DNA of 64,000 bases from Escherichia coli (lineage in GTDB: Bacteria > Pseudomonadota > Gammaproteobacteria > Enterobacterales > Enterobacteriaceae), in assembly GCF_044324875.1 (NCBI RefSeq), contig NZ_CP172185.1, one strand, 5' to 3'. This document shows positions 23,052-33,974 of this stretch, in pieces. Numbering within the stretch: the stretch's first letter is position 1; every line of letters begins with the position of its first letter. The notes beneath the pieces are model-generated. The model ran no database searches. It was not told the DNA's origin and was given only the letters and a program-made list of their open reading frames with translations. A program made the translations under genes and the position numbers.

Positions 23052-24470
23052 TCAGACAACTTCCTCACCGTAACGCATAGTGCTGGTACGGTTGCGCCCA
23101 TCTTTCTTCGAGCGATACAGACACGTATCGGCTTCGACCATCAATTTATTAAAGTCATCGGTCAGCGTTCGGTACGATGCGCATCCACTACCGACGCCAA
23201 TACTTACCGTGAGATAAAGCGTTTTTTGTTGCCAGGTGAACGGTTGCAATTCAACGCCTTTACGGATTTTTTCCGCCATTAGCAAACCATCGACAGGATT
23301 CACCGACGGCACTGCAACAGCAAATTCTTCGCCGCCCATTCGCGCCACCAGCCCCTTATCACCGACAATCTTCTGAATATGCTGGGCAAACACGCTTAAC
23401 ACTTTATCGCCACATTCATGTCCATAGTTATCGTTAATGCTTTTGAAATAGTCGATATCAAGCAGCATGACAGTCAGATGTTGTGTCTGTTTCAGCGATG
23501 GACTTTTCAGCGCCTCATAAAGACCGGACCGTGAGTAAACCTGAGTCAGAAAATCAAAGTCGGCTCGCAGCGCAACTTGCTTCATTAGCGAATTGATCGC
23601 TGCCACGCTAAAAGAAACCATAATTGGGCATATCGCCATCGTGGCAATACCGAGACGTGCGGAGAACATTTGCGGAATGGAGAACGGCGAACCGACCGAG
23701 ATATCAATCACTGAATTTGCCACCAGTACGATTTCCACCGCACCGGTGACAAAGGTCAACAGACATGTTACCTGCGGCGTATAGCGCACTGCACACCAGA
23801 TTAATGCAGGCAGCGGGAACGCCAGACTCCCCGCTCCGCCAATGACTACCGAGGCAATAACCGACACAATAAGCGCGATAGCGGGCATCATCTGTTCTGC
23901 TTTAAAGCGCGGCAGCACTCCAGGAATTGCCAACGTCAGCATACAAGGCACGATCAACACGCCCGTTGAGAATTGCTCACTGAACCAGTCGGCAAGCAAA
24001 GGCCAGAAATCCAGACTATCAATACTGACCGAACCAATCGCCCCGACAATAGCGCATAATAATGCGGCAATCAGACAGTAATTAAATAGCCGTAAGGCAC
24101 TTACTGGCTCATACTTATTTTTCCCCAGACGCTTATCCCGCGCGACCAGTAAGGCGACGGTAACAATAAACATCATATTGGAGAAATTGATAGCCAGTGA
24201 AACCAGCCCCCATTCGGTGGTTATGGCATCATAAACCAGCATTGCCACATAACTGATCGCATAGTAATGCAGTCGATTAAGCCAGACATAGCGGGCAAAC
24301 ACCCCCGCCATTACGCCATTCAGCGGCCAGAAAAGAGAAAGTTCGTGAACCAGCCGTAACTCTGCACCAATAAAATAGAACAGCGTGGTTAGCGCAAAAA
24401 TAGCGATGCTATTACGTAGCAGATGACCTTCCTGGAACAAACGGAAAGTTGAAATGGGCTGTACATGCAT
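23052..24470 (-). CDS. dgcF: Membrane-anchored diguanylate cyclase (N-terminal multi-helix sensor domain + GGDEF)
   Basis: 472 aa; hydrophobic N-terminal half, then GGDEF domain with RMGGEEFAV. Exact start uncertain. Confidence 0.85.
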   Translation of the reverse strand: MHVQPISTFRLFQEGHLLRNSIAIFALTTLFYFIGAELRLVHELSLFWPLNGVMAGVFARYVWLNRLHYYAISYVAMLVYDAITTEWGLVSLAINFSNMMFIVTVALLVARDKRLGKNKYEPVSALRLFNYCLIAALLCAIVGAIGSVSIDSLDFWPLLADWFSEQFSTGVLIVPCMLTLAIPGVLPRFKAEQMMPAIALIVSVIASVVIGGAGSLAFPLPALIWCAVRYTPQVTCLLTFVTGAVEIVLVANSVIDISVGSPFSIPQMFSARLGIATMAICPIMVSFSVAAINSLMKQVALRADFDFLTQVYSRSGLYEALKSPSLKQTQHLTVMLLDIDYFKSINDNYGHECGDKVLSVFAQHIQKIVGDKGLVARMGGEEFAVAVPSVNPVDGLLMAEKIRKGVELQPFTWQQKTLYLTVSIGVGSGCASYRTLTDDFNKLMVEADTCLYRSKKDGRNRTSTMRYGEEVV

Positions 24471-24608
24471 TAATTATCTGTCCATACAATTGCGGGTGGC
24501 AATTATCTCAACGTAATAAGTAAATTCTTATAAAGGATAGCATGTTCGCTGACAGCGGCGGCAAATAAAGATATCCTGGGAATGCTATTTTATCGTTTTC
24601 CGCGATTA

Positions 24609-24968
24609 TCATGGCTGATTCATCTGTATAACCAACCAGTGATAGATTACCGCCACGATATAACGTTGTTGTTCCTCGCTTAACGAAACACCCTGCGGAA
24701 TGTTATGCCACTTAGCCAGACAACCGCGACAACAGGTTGCAGTGGCGTGCTGAGCGATAAACACCGGATGCCCGCGCATGGGGGTTTGCTTACCGTCGTT
24801 AGCCGGTAATGCCGGAGCAAGACGTTTAGCGACAAAATCCGCCGCATGTTGTTCGATGACTGGCGCGCCTTTCTCCAGACAATACTGACGCTCTTTCACA
24901 CCCAAACGAAAGCGAGAGCGAAATTTTGAACGGGATAAACGCGCGAAGAGTGGATCGAGAGACTGCAT
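24609..24968 (-). CDS. yneG: DUF4186 protein
   Basis: 119 aa, immediately downstream of glsB in the same orientation. Confidence 0.85.
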   Translation of the reverse strand: MQSLDPLFARLSRSKFRSRFRLGVKERQYCLEKGAPVIEQHAADFVAKRLAPALPANDGKQTPMRGHPVFIAQHATATCCRGCLAKWHNIPQGVSLSEEQQRYIVAVIYHWLVIQMNQP

Positions 24969-25894
24969 TAATAAACCGAACGCCCTAATTGTTTCGTCAA
25001 TTGTTCAAGGACAGCAATGCCCGCAAGCGAGTTACCGGCATCATCCAGTTCCGGGCTCCAGACTGCGATGGCCATTTCATGCGGAACAATCGCCACAATA
25101 CCGCCACCAACGCCAGATTTTGCCGGTAGTCCCACCCGCCAGGCAAACTCCCCCGCGTTCTGGTACATACCACTGGTCGCCATCAGCGCATTAATTTGCC
25201 GCGCCTGCATCGGCGTCACCACGGGTTCATCAATATGAATAGCTTTCCCCTGATTAGCCAGAAAGACAAACGTCCGGGCCAGCTCTACACAGCTCATTTT
25301 CAGAGCGCAGTAATGAAAGTAGTTTTGCAGAACGGTTGTCACATCATGATGGAAATTGCCAAACGACTTCATCAGCCAGGCGATAGCCGCATTTCGCGCG
25401 GAATGTTCAAATTCGGAACGCGCTACCACCGTATCGTATGAAATATCAGACACACCGCTTAAGCCGCGCACGACTTCCAGCATACGTTGCCGAGGAGCGC
25501 TTAATCGCCCTTGCAACATATCGCAGACCACCAGCGCACCGGCATTAATAAACGGATTACGCGGAATACCCTGCTCCATTTCCAGTTGCACTAAAGAATT
25601 GAACGGTGATCCAGACGGATCTTTGCCGACGCGTTGCCAGATTTCCTCTTCGGAGTAATGACGCATGGCGACAACGAGACTCAGCACTTTGGAAATAGAC
25701 TGAATGGAAAAACGTTCTTGTGCATCTCCGGCCTGAAAAAGCTGTCCGTCAACTGTACAGATAGCAATGCCCAGCCGGGAACCGTCTACCGTAGCCAGCG
25801 CCGGAATATAATCCGCGACTTTACCCTGACCAATGAGCGGCCGCACTTGCCGCAAGATGTTTTCTAAAATTGCATTATCCATGGCGACTGCCAC
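24968..25894 (-). CDS. glsB: Glutaminase 2
   Basis: 308 aa, serine-beta-lactamase-like glutaminase fold, N-terminus [34 protein letters not shown]. Confidence 0.95.
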   Translation of the reverse strand: MAVAMDNAILENILRQVRPLIGQGKVADYIPALATVDGSRLGIAICTVDGQLFQAGDAQERFSIQSISKVLSLVVAMRHYSEEEIWQRVGKDPSGSPFNSLVQLEMEQGIPRNPFINAGALVVCDMLQGRLSAPRQRMLEVVRGLSGVSDISYDTVVARSEFEHSARNAAIAWLMKSFGNFHHDVTTVLQNYFHYCALKMSCVELARTFVFLANQGKAIHIDEPVVTPMQARQINALMATSGMYQNAGEFAWRVGLPAKSGVGGGIVAIVPHEMAIAVWSPELDDAGNSLAGIAVLEQLTKQLGRSVY

Positions 25895-25957
25895 TTTCTA
25901 CTCCTGGACCGCAGGTCTGAAAAGACCTGCGAGTATATCAGAGCTGAATATGTAGCG

Positions 25958-27346
25958 TCAGATCCGGTCTTTCCACACCGTCTGGATATTACAGAATTCG
26001 TGTAAGCCGAAATGGGAAAGCTCACGACCAAAGCCACTCTTCTTCACGCCACCAAAGGCCACTCGCGCGTCGCTGGCACAATAACCATTGATAAACACCC
26101 CACCGCATTCCAGACGTGCCGCCATCTGTCTGGCCTGTGTTTCGTCGGTGGTGAAAATGGTCGCTGAAAGGCCGAACTCACTATCATTAGCCAGTTCCAG
26201 CGCATGTTCTGCATCTTTCGCAATGGTGATTGCCGCAACGGGGCCAAACATTTCTTCCCGAAACGCGGTCATTTCTGGGGTAACATTCGCCAGAACCGTT
26301 GGCGGATAGTAGTTACCTGCCCCAGCCATCTTTTCCCCGCCCAGTAACAAACGCGCACCCTGCGCCAGGGTTTTCTCCACCTGATGATGCAGCTCATCAC
26401 GTAAATCAAAACGAGCCATTGGTCCGAGAGTGTTCTCTTCGTCACGGGGATCGCCCATTTTCAAGGCTGCCGCAGCTGCCACAAAACGTTCGGTAAATGC
26501 CGAAGCAATTCCCTCTTCGATAATAAAGCGTTTTGCAGCTGCACAAACCTGTCCGGTATTCTGATAACGTCCGGCTACCGCCGCTTTAACCGCCAGTTCC
26601 AGATCGGCATCGTTAAGCACAATAAATGGATCCGAACCGCCCAGTTCCAGTACGCATTTTTTCAGTGCCGCTCCAGCCTGTGCGCCAATAGCCGCTCCCG
26701 CACGAACACTTCCGGTCACCGTGACAGCAGCAATGCGCGAGTCTTTAATCATCTGACTGACGCCGTCGTTGTCGGCATTCAGCCAGCCATATACGCCTTG
26801 TGGGATACCCGCATCTTTAAACACCTGGGCAATGAGCTGTGCACAGCCCATCACATTCGGCGCATGTTTAAGTAAGTAGCCGTTACCTGCAAGAATGATG
26901 GGAACCGCGCCACGCATCACCTGCCATAACGGAAAATTCCACGGCATAATCGCCAGAATTGTCCCCAACGGTCGATACTCAATAACTGCCTGCTGATTTT
27001 CCACCAGCGTAGGTTCCGCCTTCAGCATTGCCGGACCATGTTCTGCATACCAGTCACACAAATTCGCCGATTTCGCCACTTCAGCGCGCGCTTGGTTGAT
27101 TGGTTTGCCCATTTCACGGGTGATCATTTGCGCCATTTCTTCGCTACGGACACGCAGAGCCTTACCGATATCACGCAGTTTTTCAGCACGATAATCTATA
27201 TTTGTCTCGCGCCAGTCGCGAAAGCCTGCTGCCGCCAGCTGAAGTGCGTTTTCGATATCATCAGCGCCAGCCCACGGCAGCACAGAAAGTTGTTCACCGG
27301 TGGCAGGATTTATCGAAATTGCATGAGTTTCCGGAGTAATGGTCAT
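25958..27346 (-). CDS. sad: NAD-dependent succinate-semialdehyde dehydrogenase
   Basis: Aldehyde dehydrogenase family with catalytic-Cys region ([12 protein letters not shown]); start trimmed to MTITPETH to give 462 aa. Confidence 0.9.
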   Translation of the reverse strand: MTITPETHAISINPATGEQLSVLPWAGADDIENALQLAAAGFRDWRETNIDYRAEKLRDIGKALRVRSEEMAQMITREMGKPINQARAEVAKSANLCDWYAEHGPAMLKAEPTLVENQQAVIEYRPLGTILAIMPWNFPLWQVMRGAVPIILAGNGYLLKHAPNVMGCAQLIAQVFKDAGIPQGVYGWLNADNDGVSQMIKDSRIAAVTVTGSVRAGAAIGAQAGAALKKCVLELGGSDPFIVLNDADLELAVKAAVAGRYQNTGQVCAAAKRFIIEEGIASAFTERFVAAAAALKMGDPRDEENTLGPMARFDLRDELHHQVEKTLAQGARLLLGGEKMAGAGNYYPPTVLANVTPEMTAFREEMFGPVAAITIAKDAEHALELANDSEFGLSATIFTTDETQARQMAARLECGGVFINGYCASDARVAFGGVKKSGFGRELSHFGLHEFCNIQTVWKDRI

Positions 27347-27446
27347 CGGGGTATCTCCTTTATGAGTCATTGTATGAAGATACGCAGATTTACTCTTGCT
27401 TTAAAATGAATAATATTAAGCCACTTATTCACGAATCGAGAATATT

Positions 27447-28322
27447 ATGGATCTGACCCAACTGGAGATGTTCAACGCGGTTGCCGAAGCTGGCAGCATA
27501 ACCCAGGCTGCAGCAAAAGTGCATCGCGTGCCGTCGAATCTCACTACCCGTCTACGCCAGCTGGAAACAGAACTGGGGGTTGATCTGTTTATTCGCGAGA
27601 ATCAGCGTTTACGTCTCTCTCCTGCCGGGCATAACTTTTTACGCTATAGCCAACAAATTCTCGCGTTAGTGGATGAAGCGCGGAGCGTTGTCGCTGGCGA
27701 TGAGCCGCAAGGTTTATTTTCTCTTGGTTCGCTGGAAAGCACCGCTGCAGTGCGCATTCCGGCCACGCTGGCGGAATTTAACCGTCGTTATCCCAAAATT
27801 CAGTTTTCACTTTCCACCGGCCCTTCCGGCACTATGCTGGAAGGTGTGCTGGAGGGAAAACTGAATGCAGCGTTTATTGATGGGCCCATTAACCATACTG
27901 CCATTGACGGGATACCGGTGTACCGCGAGGAGCTGATGATCGTCACGCCACAAGGACATGCGCCAGTAACCCGCGCCAGTCAGGTTAATGGCAGTAACAT
28001 TTATGCCTTCCGCGCCAATTGTTCGTATCGTCGCCACTTCGAGAGCTGGTTTCATGCTGACGGTGCCGCTCCGGGAACTATCCATGAGATGGAGTCTTAT
28101 CACGGAATGTTGGCCTGTGTGGTCGCAGGAGCAGGTATTGCGCTTATTCCGCGCTCTATGCTGGAAAGTATGCCGGGGCATCACCAGGTTGAAGCGTGGC
28201 CGTTAGCTGAGCAATGGCGTTGGTTAACAACCTGGCTGGTCTGGCGTCGCGGTGCGAAAACGCGTCCGCTTGAGGCATTTATTCAACTACTGGATGTGTC
28301 TGACTCGGCAAAACAGAGTTAG
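27447..28322 (+). CDS. yneJ: LysR-family regulator, divergent from sad
   Basis: 291 aa with N-terminal HTH ([32 protein letters not shown]). Confidence 0.9.
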   Translation: MDLTQLEMFNAVAEAGSITQAAAKVHRVPSNLTTRLRQLETELGVDLFIRENQRLRLSPAGHNFLRYSQQILALVDEARSVVAGDEPQGLFSLGSLESTAAVRIPATLAEFNRRYPKIQFSLSTGPSGTMLEGVLEGKLNAAFIDGPINHTAIDGIPVYREELMIVTPQGHAPVTRASQVNGSNIYAFRANCSYRRHFESWFHADGAAPGTIHEMESYHGMLACVVAGAGIALIPRSMLESMPGHHQVEAWPLAEQWRWLTTWLVWRRGAKTRPLEAFIQLLDVSDSAKQS

Positions 28323-28405
28323 CAATGAGCTATTTTTGATAGTTCTTGCGGCTAATATGCTCTATATAGTGATGCTCCGATGACTTATGACTATATGGGG
28401 CAAAT

Positions 28406-29521
28406 ATGGTTACGCCAGTAAGCATCAGCAATTACATATCTCTTCCTTATGATTTTCCCGTTCGTAATATTGCACCTCAGGTAAAAGAAGTTTTAAAGGA
28501 TTTTATTGATGCGCTAAGTACAATAATATGTGATGAAGAGTGGCGTACGTCTTTAAACATCAGCTCAGCCACAAAAAAGATATTTAATAACCTTGATAAC
28601 TTATCATATATTCAGAGAACCTCTTTCCGGGGTAACGACACGCTATACAATGAAAAAGTTCAATTTAAACTCACTTATCCTGCCAGGAATGGAAGACACA
28701 AAGAAAATATTGAATTTCAGGTAGTAATAAATTTAAGCCCTATTTATTTAGATAATTTCCGCCATGATGGGGAAATTAATATTTTTTGCGCTCCCAACCC
28801 AAAGCCTGTCACTATGGGGCGCGTATTTCAGACTGGCGTCGAGCGTGTGCTCTTTCTGTTTCTGAATGACTTTATAGAACAATTTCCAATGATCAACCCT
28901 GGCGTTCCTATCAAAAGAGCGCATACGCCACATATTGAACCCCTGCATCCGGATCACCATACCGCTGCAGATTACTTACGCCAGTTTGATTTGCTTGTCC
29001 TGAATTTTATCTCTCGCGGTAATTTTGTCATACTCCCCCGATTATGGAATAACTCTGAGGTTCACAGATGGTTCGGGAATAAAGAACCTAACTTGCTCAC
29101 CGCTATTCTCGACATAACGGACAGCGAATTAAAAGAGGATTTATTGCAAAGCCTGATGGATTCACTAGGTTCTAACAAACATGTACTACCCGAAGTCTGC
29201 ATCTGCTTTTTATCCCTTTTAACAGAACAAGATTTTCCACATTTTCAGGACTTGTTTTTATTTTTCGCCAATATGTTATTGCACTATCACCAATTTATGA
29301 ATCCCAATGAAAGTGATTTGATTGACGTGTTGATGCCAGCATCATTAAGTGATGATAAAATTATCAAACATATGGCGCGCAGGACCCTCAAACTTTTTGT
29401 AAAAAATGAAACGCCGCCAAAAGTTACTCACGAAGACCTGGTGAAAAACAGGCCTCGCTCCCCTGTCAGATCACCTATACCCGCAACCGCCAAAACGCCA
29501 GACCTCCCTGAACGTCATTAA
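28406..29521 (+). CDS. yneK: Uncharacterised protein YneK; markedly AT-rich gene
   Basis: 371-aa ORF with no recognisable motifs; visibly lower GC than neighbours. Confidence 0.8.
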   Translation: MVTPVSISNYISLPYDFPVRNIAPQVKEVLKDFIDALSTIICDEEWRTSLNISSATKKIFNNLDNLSYIQRTSFRGNDTLYNEKVQFKLTYPARNGRHKENIEFQVVINLSPIYLDNFRHDGEINIFCAPNPKPVTMGRVFQTGVERVLFLFLNDFIEQFPMINPGVPIKRAHTPHIEPLHPDHHTAADYLRQFDLLVLNFISRGNFVILPRLWNNSEVHRWFGNKEPNLLTAILDITDSELKEDLLQSLMDSLGSNKHVLPEVCICFLSLLTEQDFPHFQDLFLFFANMLLHYHQFMNPNESDLIDVLMPASLSDDKIIKHMARRTLKLFVKNETPPKVTHEDLVKNRPRSPVRSPIPATAKTPDLPERH

Positions 29522-29670
29522 ACCGTGATGTTACCGACTCTCTGACGCGGAACAGAATCAGCGTCAGAGAAACGGAAAACGCGATCCAGATCACAAATGC
29601 ATTGTATTCACATCATTAACCGTTTTAAGATCATTTCATCACTTTTTCGCAACTCACCCGATAATCTGTT

Positions 29671-30861
29671 ATGACAACAAACACTGTTTCCCGCAAAGTG
29701 GCGTGGCTACGGGTCGTTACGCTGGCAGTCGCCGCCTTCATCTTCAACACCACCGAATTTGTCCCTGTTGGCCTGCTCTCTGACATTGCGCAAAGTTTTC
29801 ACATGCAAACCGCTCAGGTCGGCATCATGTTGACGATTTATGCATGGGTAGTGGCGCTAATGTCATTGCCTTTTATGTTAATGACCAGTCAGGTTGAACG
29901 GCGCAAATTACTGATCTGCCTGTTTGTGGTGTTTATTGCCAGCCACGTACTGTCGTTTTTGTCGTGGAGCTTTACCGTTCTGGTGATCAGTCGCATTGGT
30001 GTGGCTTTTGCACATGCGATTTTCTGGTCGATTACGGCGTCTCTGGCGATCCGTATGGCTCCGGCCGGGAAGCGAGCGCAGGCATTGAGTTTAATTGCCA
30101 CCGGTACAGCACTGGCAATGGTATTAGGTTTACCTCTCGGGCGCATTGTGGGGCAGTATTTTGGCTGGCGAATGACCTTCTTCGCGATTGGTATCGGGGC
30201 GTTTATTACCCTTTTGTGCCTGATTAAGTTACTTCCCTTACTGCCCAGTGAGCATTCCGGTTCGCTGAAAAGCCTACCGCTATTATTCCGCCGCCCGGCA
30301 TTGATGAGCATTTATTTGTTAACTGTGGTGGTTGTCACCGCCCATTACACGGCATACAGCTATATCGAGCCTTTTGTGCAAAACATTGCGGGATTCAGCG
30401 CCAACTTTGCCACGGCATTACTGTTATTACTCGGTGGTGCGGGCATTATTGGCAGCGTGATTTTCGGTAAACTGGGTAATCAGTATGCGTCTGCGTTGGT
30501 AAGTACGGCGATTGCGCTGTTGCTGGTGTGCCTGGCACTGCTGCTACCTGCGGCGAACAGTGAAATACACCTCGGGGTGCTGAGTATTTTCTGGGGGATA
30601 GCGATGATGATCATCGGGCTTGGTATGCAGGTTAAAGTGCTGGCGCTGGCACCAGATGCTACCGACGTCGCGATGGCGCTATTCTCTGGGATATTTAATA
30701 TTGGAATCGGCGCGGGTGCGTTGGTAGGTAATCAGGTCAGTCTGCACTGGTCAATGTCGATGATTGGTTATGTGGGCGCGGTGCCTGCTTTTGCCGCGTT
30801 AATATGGTCAATCATCATTTTCCGCCGCTGGCCAGTGACACTCGAAGAACAGACGCAATAG
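29671..30861 (+). CDS. ydeA: MFS sugar efflux transporter
   Basis: 396 aa, 12-TM MFS architecture. Confidence 0.9.
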   Translation: MTTNTVSRKVAWLRVVTLAVAAFIFNTTEFVPVGLLSDIAQSFHMQTAQVGIMLTIYAWVVALMSLPFMLMTSQVERRKLLICLFVVFIASHVLSFLSWSFTVLVISRIGVAFAHAIFWSITASLAIRMAPAGKRAQALSLIATGTALAMVLGLPLGRIVGQYFGWRMTFFAIGIGAFITLLCLIKLLPLLPSEHSGSLKSLPLLFRRPALMSIYLLTVVVVTAHYTAYSYIEPFVQNIAGFSANFATALLLLLGGAGIIGSVIFGKLGNQYASALVSTAIALLLVCLALLLPAANSEIHLGVLSIFWGIAMMIIGLGMQVKVLALAPDATDVAMALFSGIFNIGIGAGALVGNQVSLHWSMSMIGYVGAVPAFAALIWSIIIFRRWPVTLEEQTQ

Positions 30862-30864
30862 TTG

Positions 30865-30887
30865 AAAGGCCCATTCGGGCCTTTTTT
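30865..30887 (+). terminator. Rho-independent terminator after ydeA
   Basis: Hairpin AGGCCC-ATTC-GGGCCT followed by TTTTTT. Confidence 0.6.
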
Positions 30888-31551
30888 AGTGGTACGTTTT
30901 AATGATTTCCAGGATGCCGTTAATAATAAACTGCACCCCCATACATACCAGCAGGAATCCCATCAGACGGGAGATCGCTTCAATGCCCCCCTTACCCACC
31001 AGCCGCATAATTGCGCCAGAGCTGCGTAGACTTCCCCACAAAATAACCGCCACCAGGAAAAAGATCAGCGGCGGCGCAACCATCAGTACCCAATCAGCAA
31101 AGGTTGAACTCTGACGCACTGTGGACGCCGAGCTAATAATCATCGCTATGGTTCCCGGACCGGCGGTACTTGGCATTGCCAGTGGTACAAAAGCAATATT
31201 GGCGCTGGGTTCATCTTCCAGCTCTTCCGACTTGCTTTTCGCTTCCGGTGAATCAATTGCTTTCTGTTGCGGAAAGAGCATTCGAAAACCGATAAACGCG
31301 ACGATTAAGCCGCCTGCAATTCGCAGACCGGGAATCGAAATGCCAAATGTATCCATCACCAGTTGCCCGGCGTAATACGCCACCATCATGATGGCAAAGA
31401 CGTACACCGAGGCCATCAACGACTGACGATTACGTTCGGCACTGTTCATGTTGCCTGCCAGGCCAAGAAATAACGCGACAGTTGTTAATGGGTTAGCTAA
31501 CGGTAGTAACACCACCAGCCCCAGGCCAATTGCTTTAAATAAATCTAACAT
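30886..31551 (-). CDS. marC: MarC-family inner-membrane protein
   Basis: 221 aa membrane protein divergent from marRAB. Confidence 0.9.
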   Translation of the reverse strand: MLDLFKAIGLGLVVLLPLANPLTTVALFLGLAGNMNSAERNRQSLMASVYVFAIMMVAYYAGQLVMDTFGISIPGLRIAGGLIVAFIGFRMLFPQQKAIDSPEAKSKSEELEDEPSANIAFVPLAMPSTAGPGTIAMIISSASTVRQSSTFADWVLMVAPPLIFFLVAVILWGSLRSSGAIMRLVGKGGIEAISRLMGFLLVCMGVQFIINGILEIIKTYH

Positions 31552-31663
31552 TGGTGGTTGTTATCCTGTGTATCTGGGTTATCAGCGAAAAGTATAAGGG
31601 GTAAACAACGATAAAGTGTCACTCTTTAGCTAGCCTTGCATCGCACTGACCAAAACTTGAACC

Positions 31664-31760
31664 GATTTAGCAAAACGTGGCATCGGTCAATTCATTCATT
31701 TGACTTATACTTGCCTGGGCAATATTATCCCCTGCAACTAATTACTTGCCAGGGCAACTA
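31664..31760 (+). promoter_or_regulatory. marO: marRAB promoter/operator with marbox and two MarR sites
   Basis: Marbox-like GATTTAGCAAAACGTGGCATCGGTC at 31664..31688; -35 TTGACT at 31700..31705; two near-identical MarR-site repeats TACTTGCCTGGGCAATA and TACTTGCCAGGGCAACTA overlapping the -10 region and ribosome-binding site. Confidence 0.8.
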
Positions 31761-31762
31761 AT

Positions 31763-32197
31763 GTGAAAAGTACCAGCGATCTGTTCAATGAAATTATTCC
31801 ATTGGGTCGCTTAATCCATATGGTTAATCAGAAGAAAGATCGCCTGCTTAACGAGTATCTGTCTCCGCTGGATATTACCGCGGCACAGTTTAAGGTGCTC
31901 TGCTCTATCCGCTGCGCGGCGTGTATTACTCCGGTTGAACTGAAAAAAGTGTTATCGGTCGACCTGGGGGCGCTGACCCGTATGCTGGATCGCCTGGTCT
32001 GTAAAGGCTGGGTGGAAAGGTTGCCGAACCCGAATGACAAGCGCGGCGTACTGGTAAAACTTACCACCAGCGGCGCGGCAATATGTGAACAATGCCATCA
32101 ATTAGTTGGCCAGGACCTGCACCAAGAATTAACAAAAAACCTGACGGCGGACGAAGTGGCAACACTTGAGCATTTGCTTAAGAAAGTCCTGCCGTAA
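31763..32197 (+). CDS. marR: Multiple antibiotic resistance repressor
   Basis: 144 aa from GTG start: [144 protein letters not shown]. Confidence 0.95.
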
Positions 32198-32216
32198 ACA
32201 AAAAAGAGGTATGACG

Positions 32217-32600
32217 ATGTCCAGACGCAATACTGACGCTATTACCATTCATAGCATTTTGGACTGGATCGAGGACAACCTGGAATCGCCACTGTCACTG
32301 GAGAAAGTGTCAGAGCGTTCGGGTTACTCTAAATGGCACCTGCAACGGATGTTTAAAAAAGAAACCGGTCATTCATTAGGCCAATACATCCGCAGCCGTA
32401 AGATGACGGAAATCGCGCAAAAGCTGAAGGAAAGTAACGAGCCGATACTCTATCTGGCAGAACGATATGGCTTCGAGTCGCAACAAACTCTGACCCGAAC
32501 CTTCAAAAATTACTTTGATGTTCCGCCGCATAAATACCGGATGACCAATATGCAGGGCGAATCGCGCTTTTTACATCCATTAAATCATTACAACAGCTAG
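32217..32600 (+). CDS. marA: AraC/XylS-family transcriptional activator
   Basis: Start trimmed from ORF-track 32166 to [31 protein letters not shown]... giving 127 aa. Confidence 0.95.
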
Positions 32601-32631
32601 TTGATAACGTGACAACGTCACTGAGGCAATC

Positions 32632-32850
32632 ATGAAACCACTTTTATCCGCAATTGCAGCTGCGCTTATTCTCTTTTCCGCGCAGGGCGTTGCGGAACAA
32701 ACCACGCAGCAGGTTGTTACTTCCTGTGCCAATGTCGTGGTTGTTCCCCCATCGCATGAACAACCACCGTTTGATTTAAATCACATGGGTACTGGCAGTG
32801 ATAAGTCGGATGCGCTCGGCGTGCCCTATTATAATCAACACGCTATGTAG
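32632..32850 (+). CDS. marB: MarB periplasmic small protein
   Basis: 72 aa with signal peptide MKPLLSAIAAALILFSAQGVA. Confidence 0.9.
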   Translation: MKPLLSAIAAALILFSAQGVAEQTTQQVVTSCANVVVVPPSHEQPPFDLNHMGTGSDKSDALGVPYYNQHAM

Positions 32851-32880
32851 TTTGTTCTGGCCCCGACATATCGGGGCTTA

Positions 32881-33780
32881 TTAACTTCCCACTTTTACCG
32901 CTTTACGCCACCGCAAGCCAAATACATTGATATACAGCCCGGTCATAATGAGCACCGCACCGAAAAATTGCAGACCCGTTAAGCGTTCATCCAGCAATAG
33001 TGCCGCACTTGCCAGTCCTACTACGGGCACCAGTAACGATAACGGTGCAACCCGCCAGGTTTCATAGCGTCCCAGTAACGTCCCCCAGATCCCATAACCA
33101 ACAATTGTCGCCACAAACGCCAGATACATCAGAGACAAGATGGTGGTCATATCGATAGTGACCAGACTGTGAATCATGGTTGCGGAACCATCGAGAATCA
33201 GCGAGGCAACAAAGAAGGGAATGATTGGGATTAATGCGCTCCAGATTACCAGCGACATCACCGCCGGACGCGTTGAGTGCGACATGATCTTTTTATTGAA
33301 GATGTTGCCACACGCCCAACTAAATGCTGCCGCCAGGGTCAACATAAAGCCGAGCATCGCCACATGCTGACCGTTCAGACTATCTTCGATTAACACCAGT
33401 ACGCCAAAAATCGCTAAGGCGATCCCCGCCAATTGTTTGCCATGCAGTCGCTCACCGAAAGTAAACGCGCCAAGCACGATAGTAAAAAACGCCTGTGCCT
33501 GTAACACCAACGAAGCCAGACCAGCAGGCATACCGAAGTTAATGGCACAAAAAAGAAAAGCAAACTGCGCAAAACTGATGGTTAATCCATACCCCAGCAG
33601 CAAATTCAGTGGTACTTTCGGTCGTGCGACAAAAAAGATAGCCGGAAAAGCAACCAGCATAAAGCGCAAACCGGCCAGCATCAGCGGTGGCATGTTATGA
33701 AGCCCCACTTTGATGACCACAAAATTTAGCCCCCATACGACCACTACCAGTAGCGCCAACACCCCATCTTTTCGCGACAT
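32881..33780 (-). CDS. eamA: Cysteine/O-acetylserine exporter (DMT family)
   Basis: Start trimmed to MSRKDGVLALLVVVVWGLNFVVIKVG giving 299 aa; two EamA repeats. Confidence 0.9.
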   Translation of the reverse strand: MSRKDGVLALLVVVVWGLNFVVIKVGLHNMPPLMLAGLRFMLVAFPAIFFVARPKVPLNLLLGYGLTISFAQFAFLFCAINFGMPAGLASLVLQAQAFFTIVLGAFTFGERLHGKQLAGIALAIFGVLVLIEDSLNGQHVAMLGFMLTLAAAFSWACGNIFNKKIMSHSTRPAVMSLVIWSALIPIIPFFVASLILDGSATMIHSLVTIDMTTILSLMYLAFVATIVGYGIWGTLLGRYETWRVAPLSLLVPVVGLASAALLLDERLTGLQFFGAVLIMTGLYINVFGLRWRKAVKVGS

Positions 33781-33974
33781 TCTACCGCCTCTGAATTTCA
33801 TCTTTTGTAAGCAATCAACTTAGCTGAATTTACTTTTCTTTAACAGTTGATTCGTTAGTCACCCTTTACGACGGCATTAATGCGCAAATAAGTCGCTATA
33901 CTTCGGATTTTTGCCATGCTATTTCTTTACATCTCTAAAACAAAACATAACGAAACGCACTGCCGGACAGACAA

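Noticed and set aside
32166-32216. Upstream extension of marA ([17 protein letters not shown]...) overlapping the marR 3' end
   Set aside because: The characterised MarA starts at [11 protein letters not shown], giving 127 aa; the extension is an artefact of taking the longest ORF.
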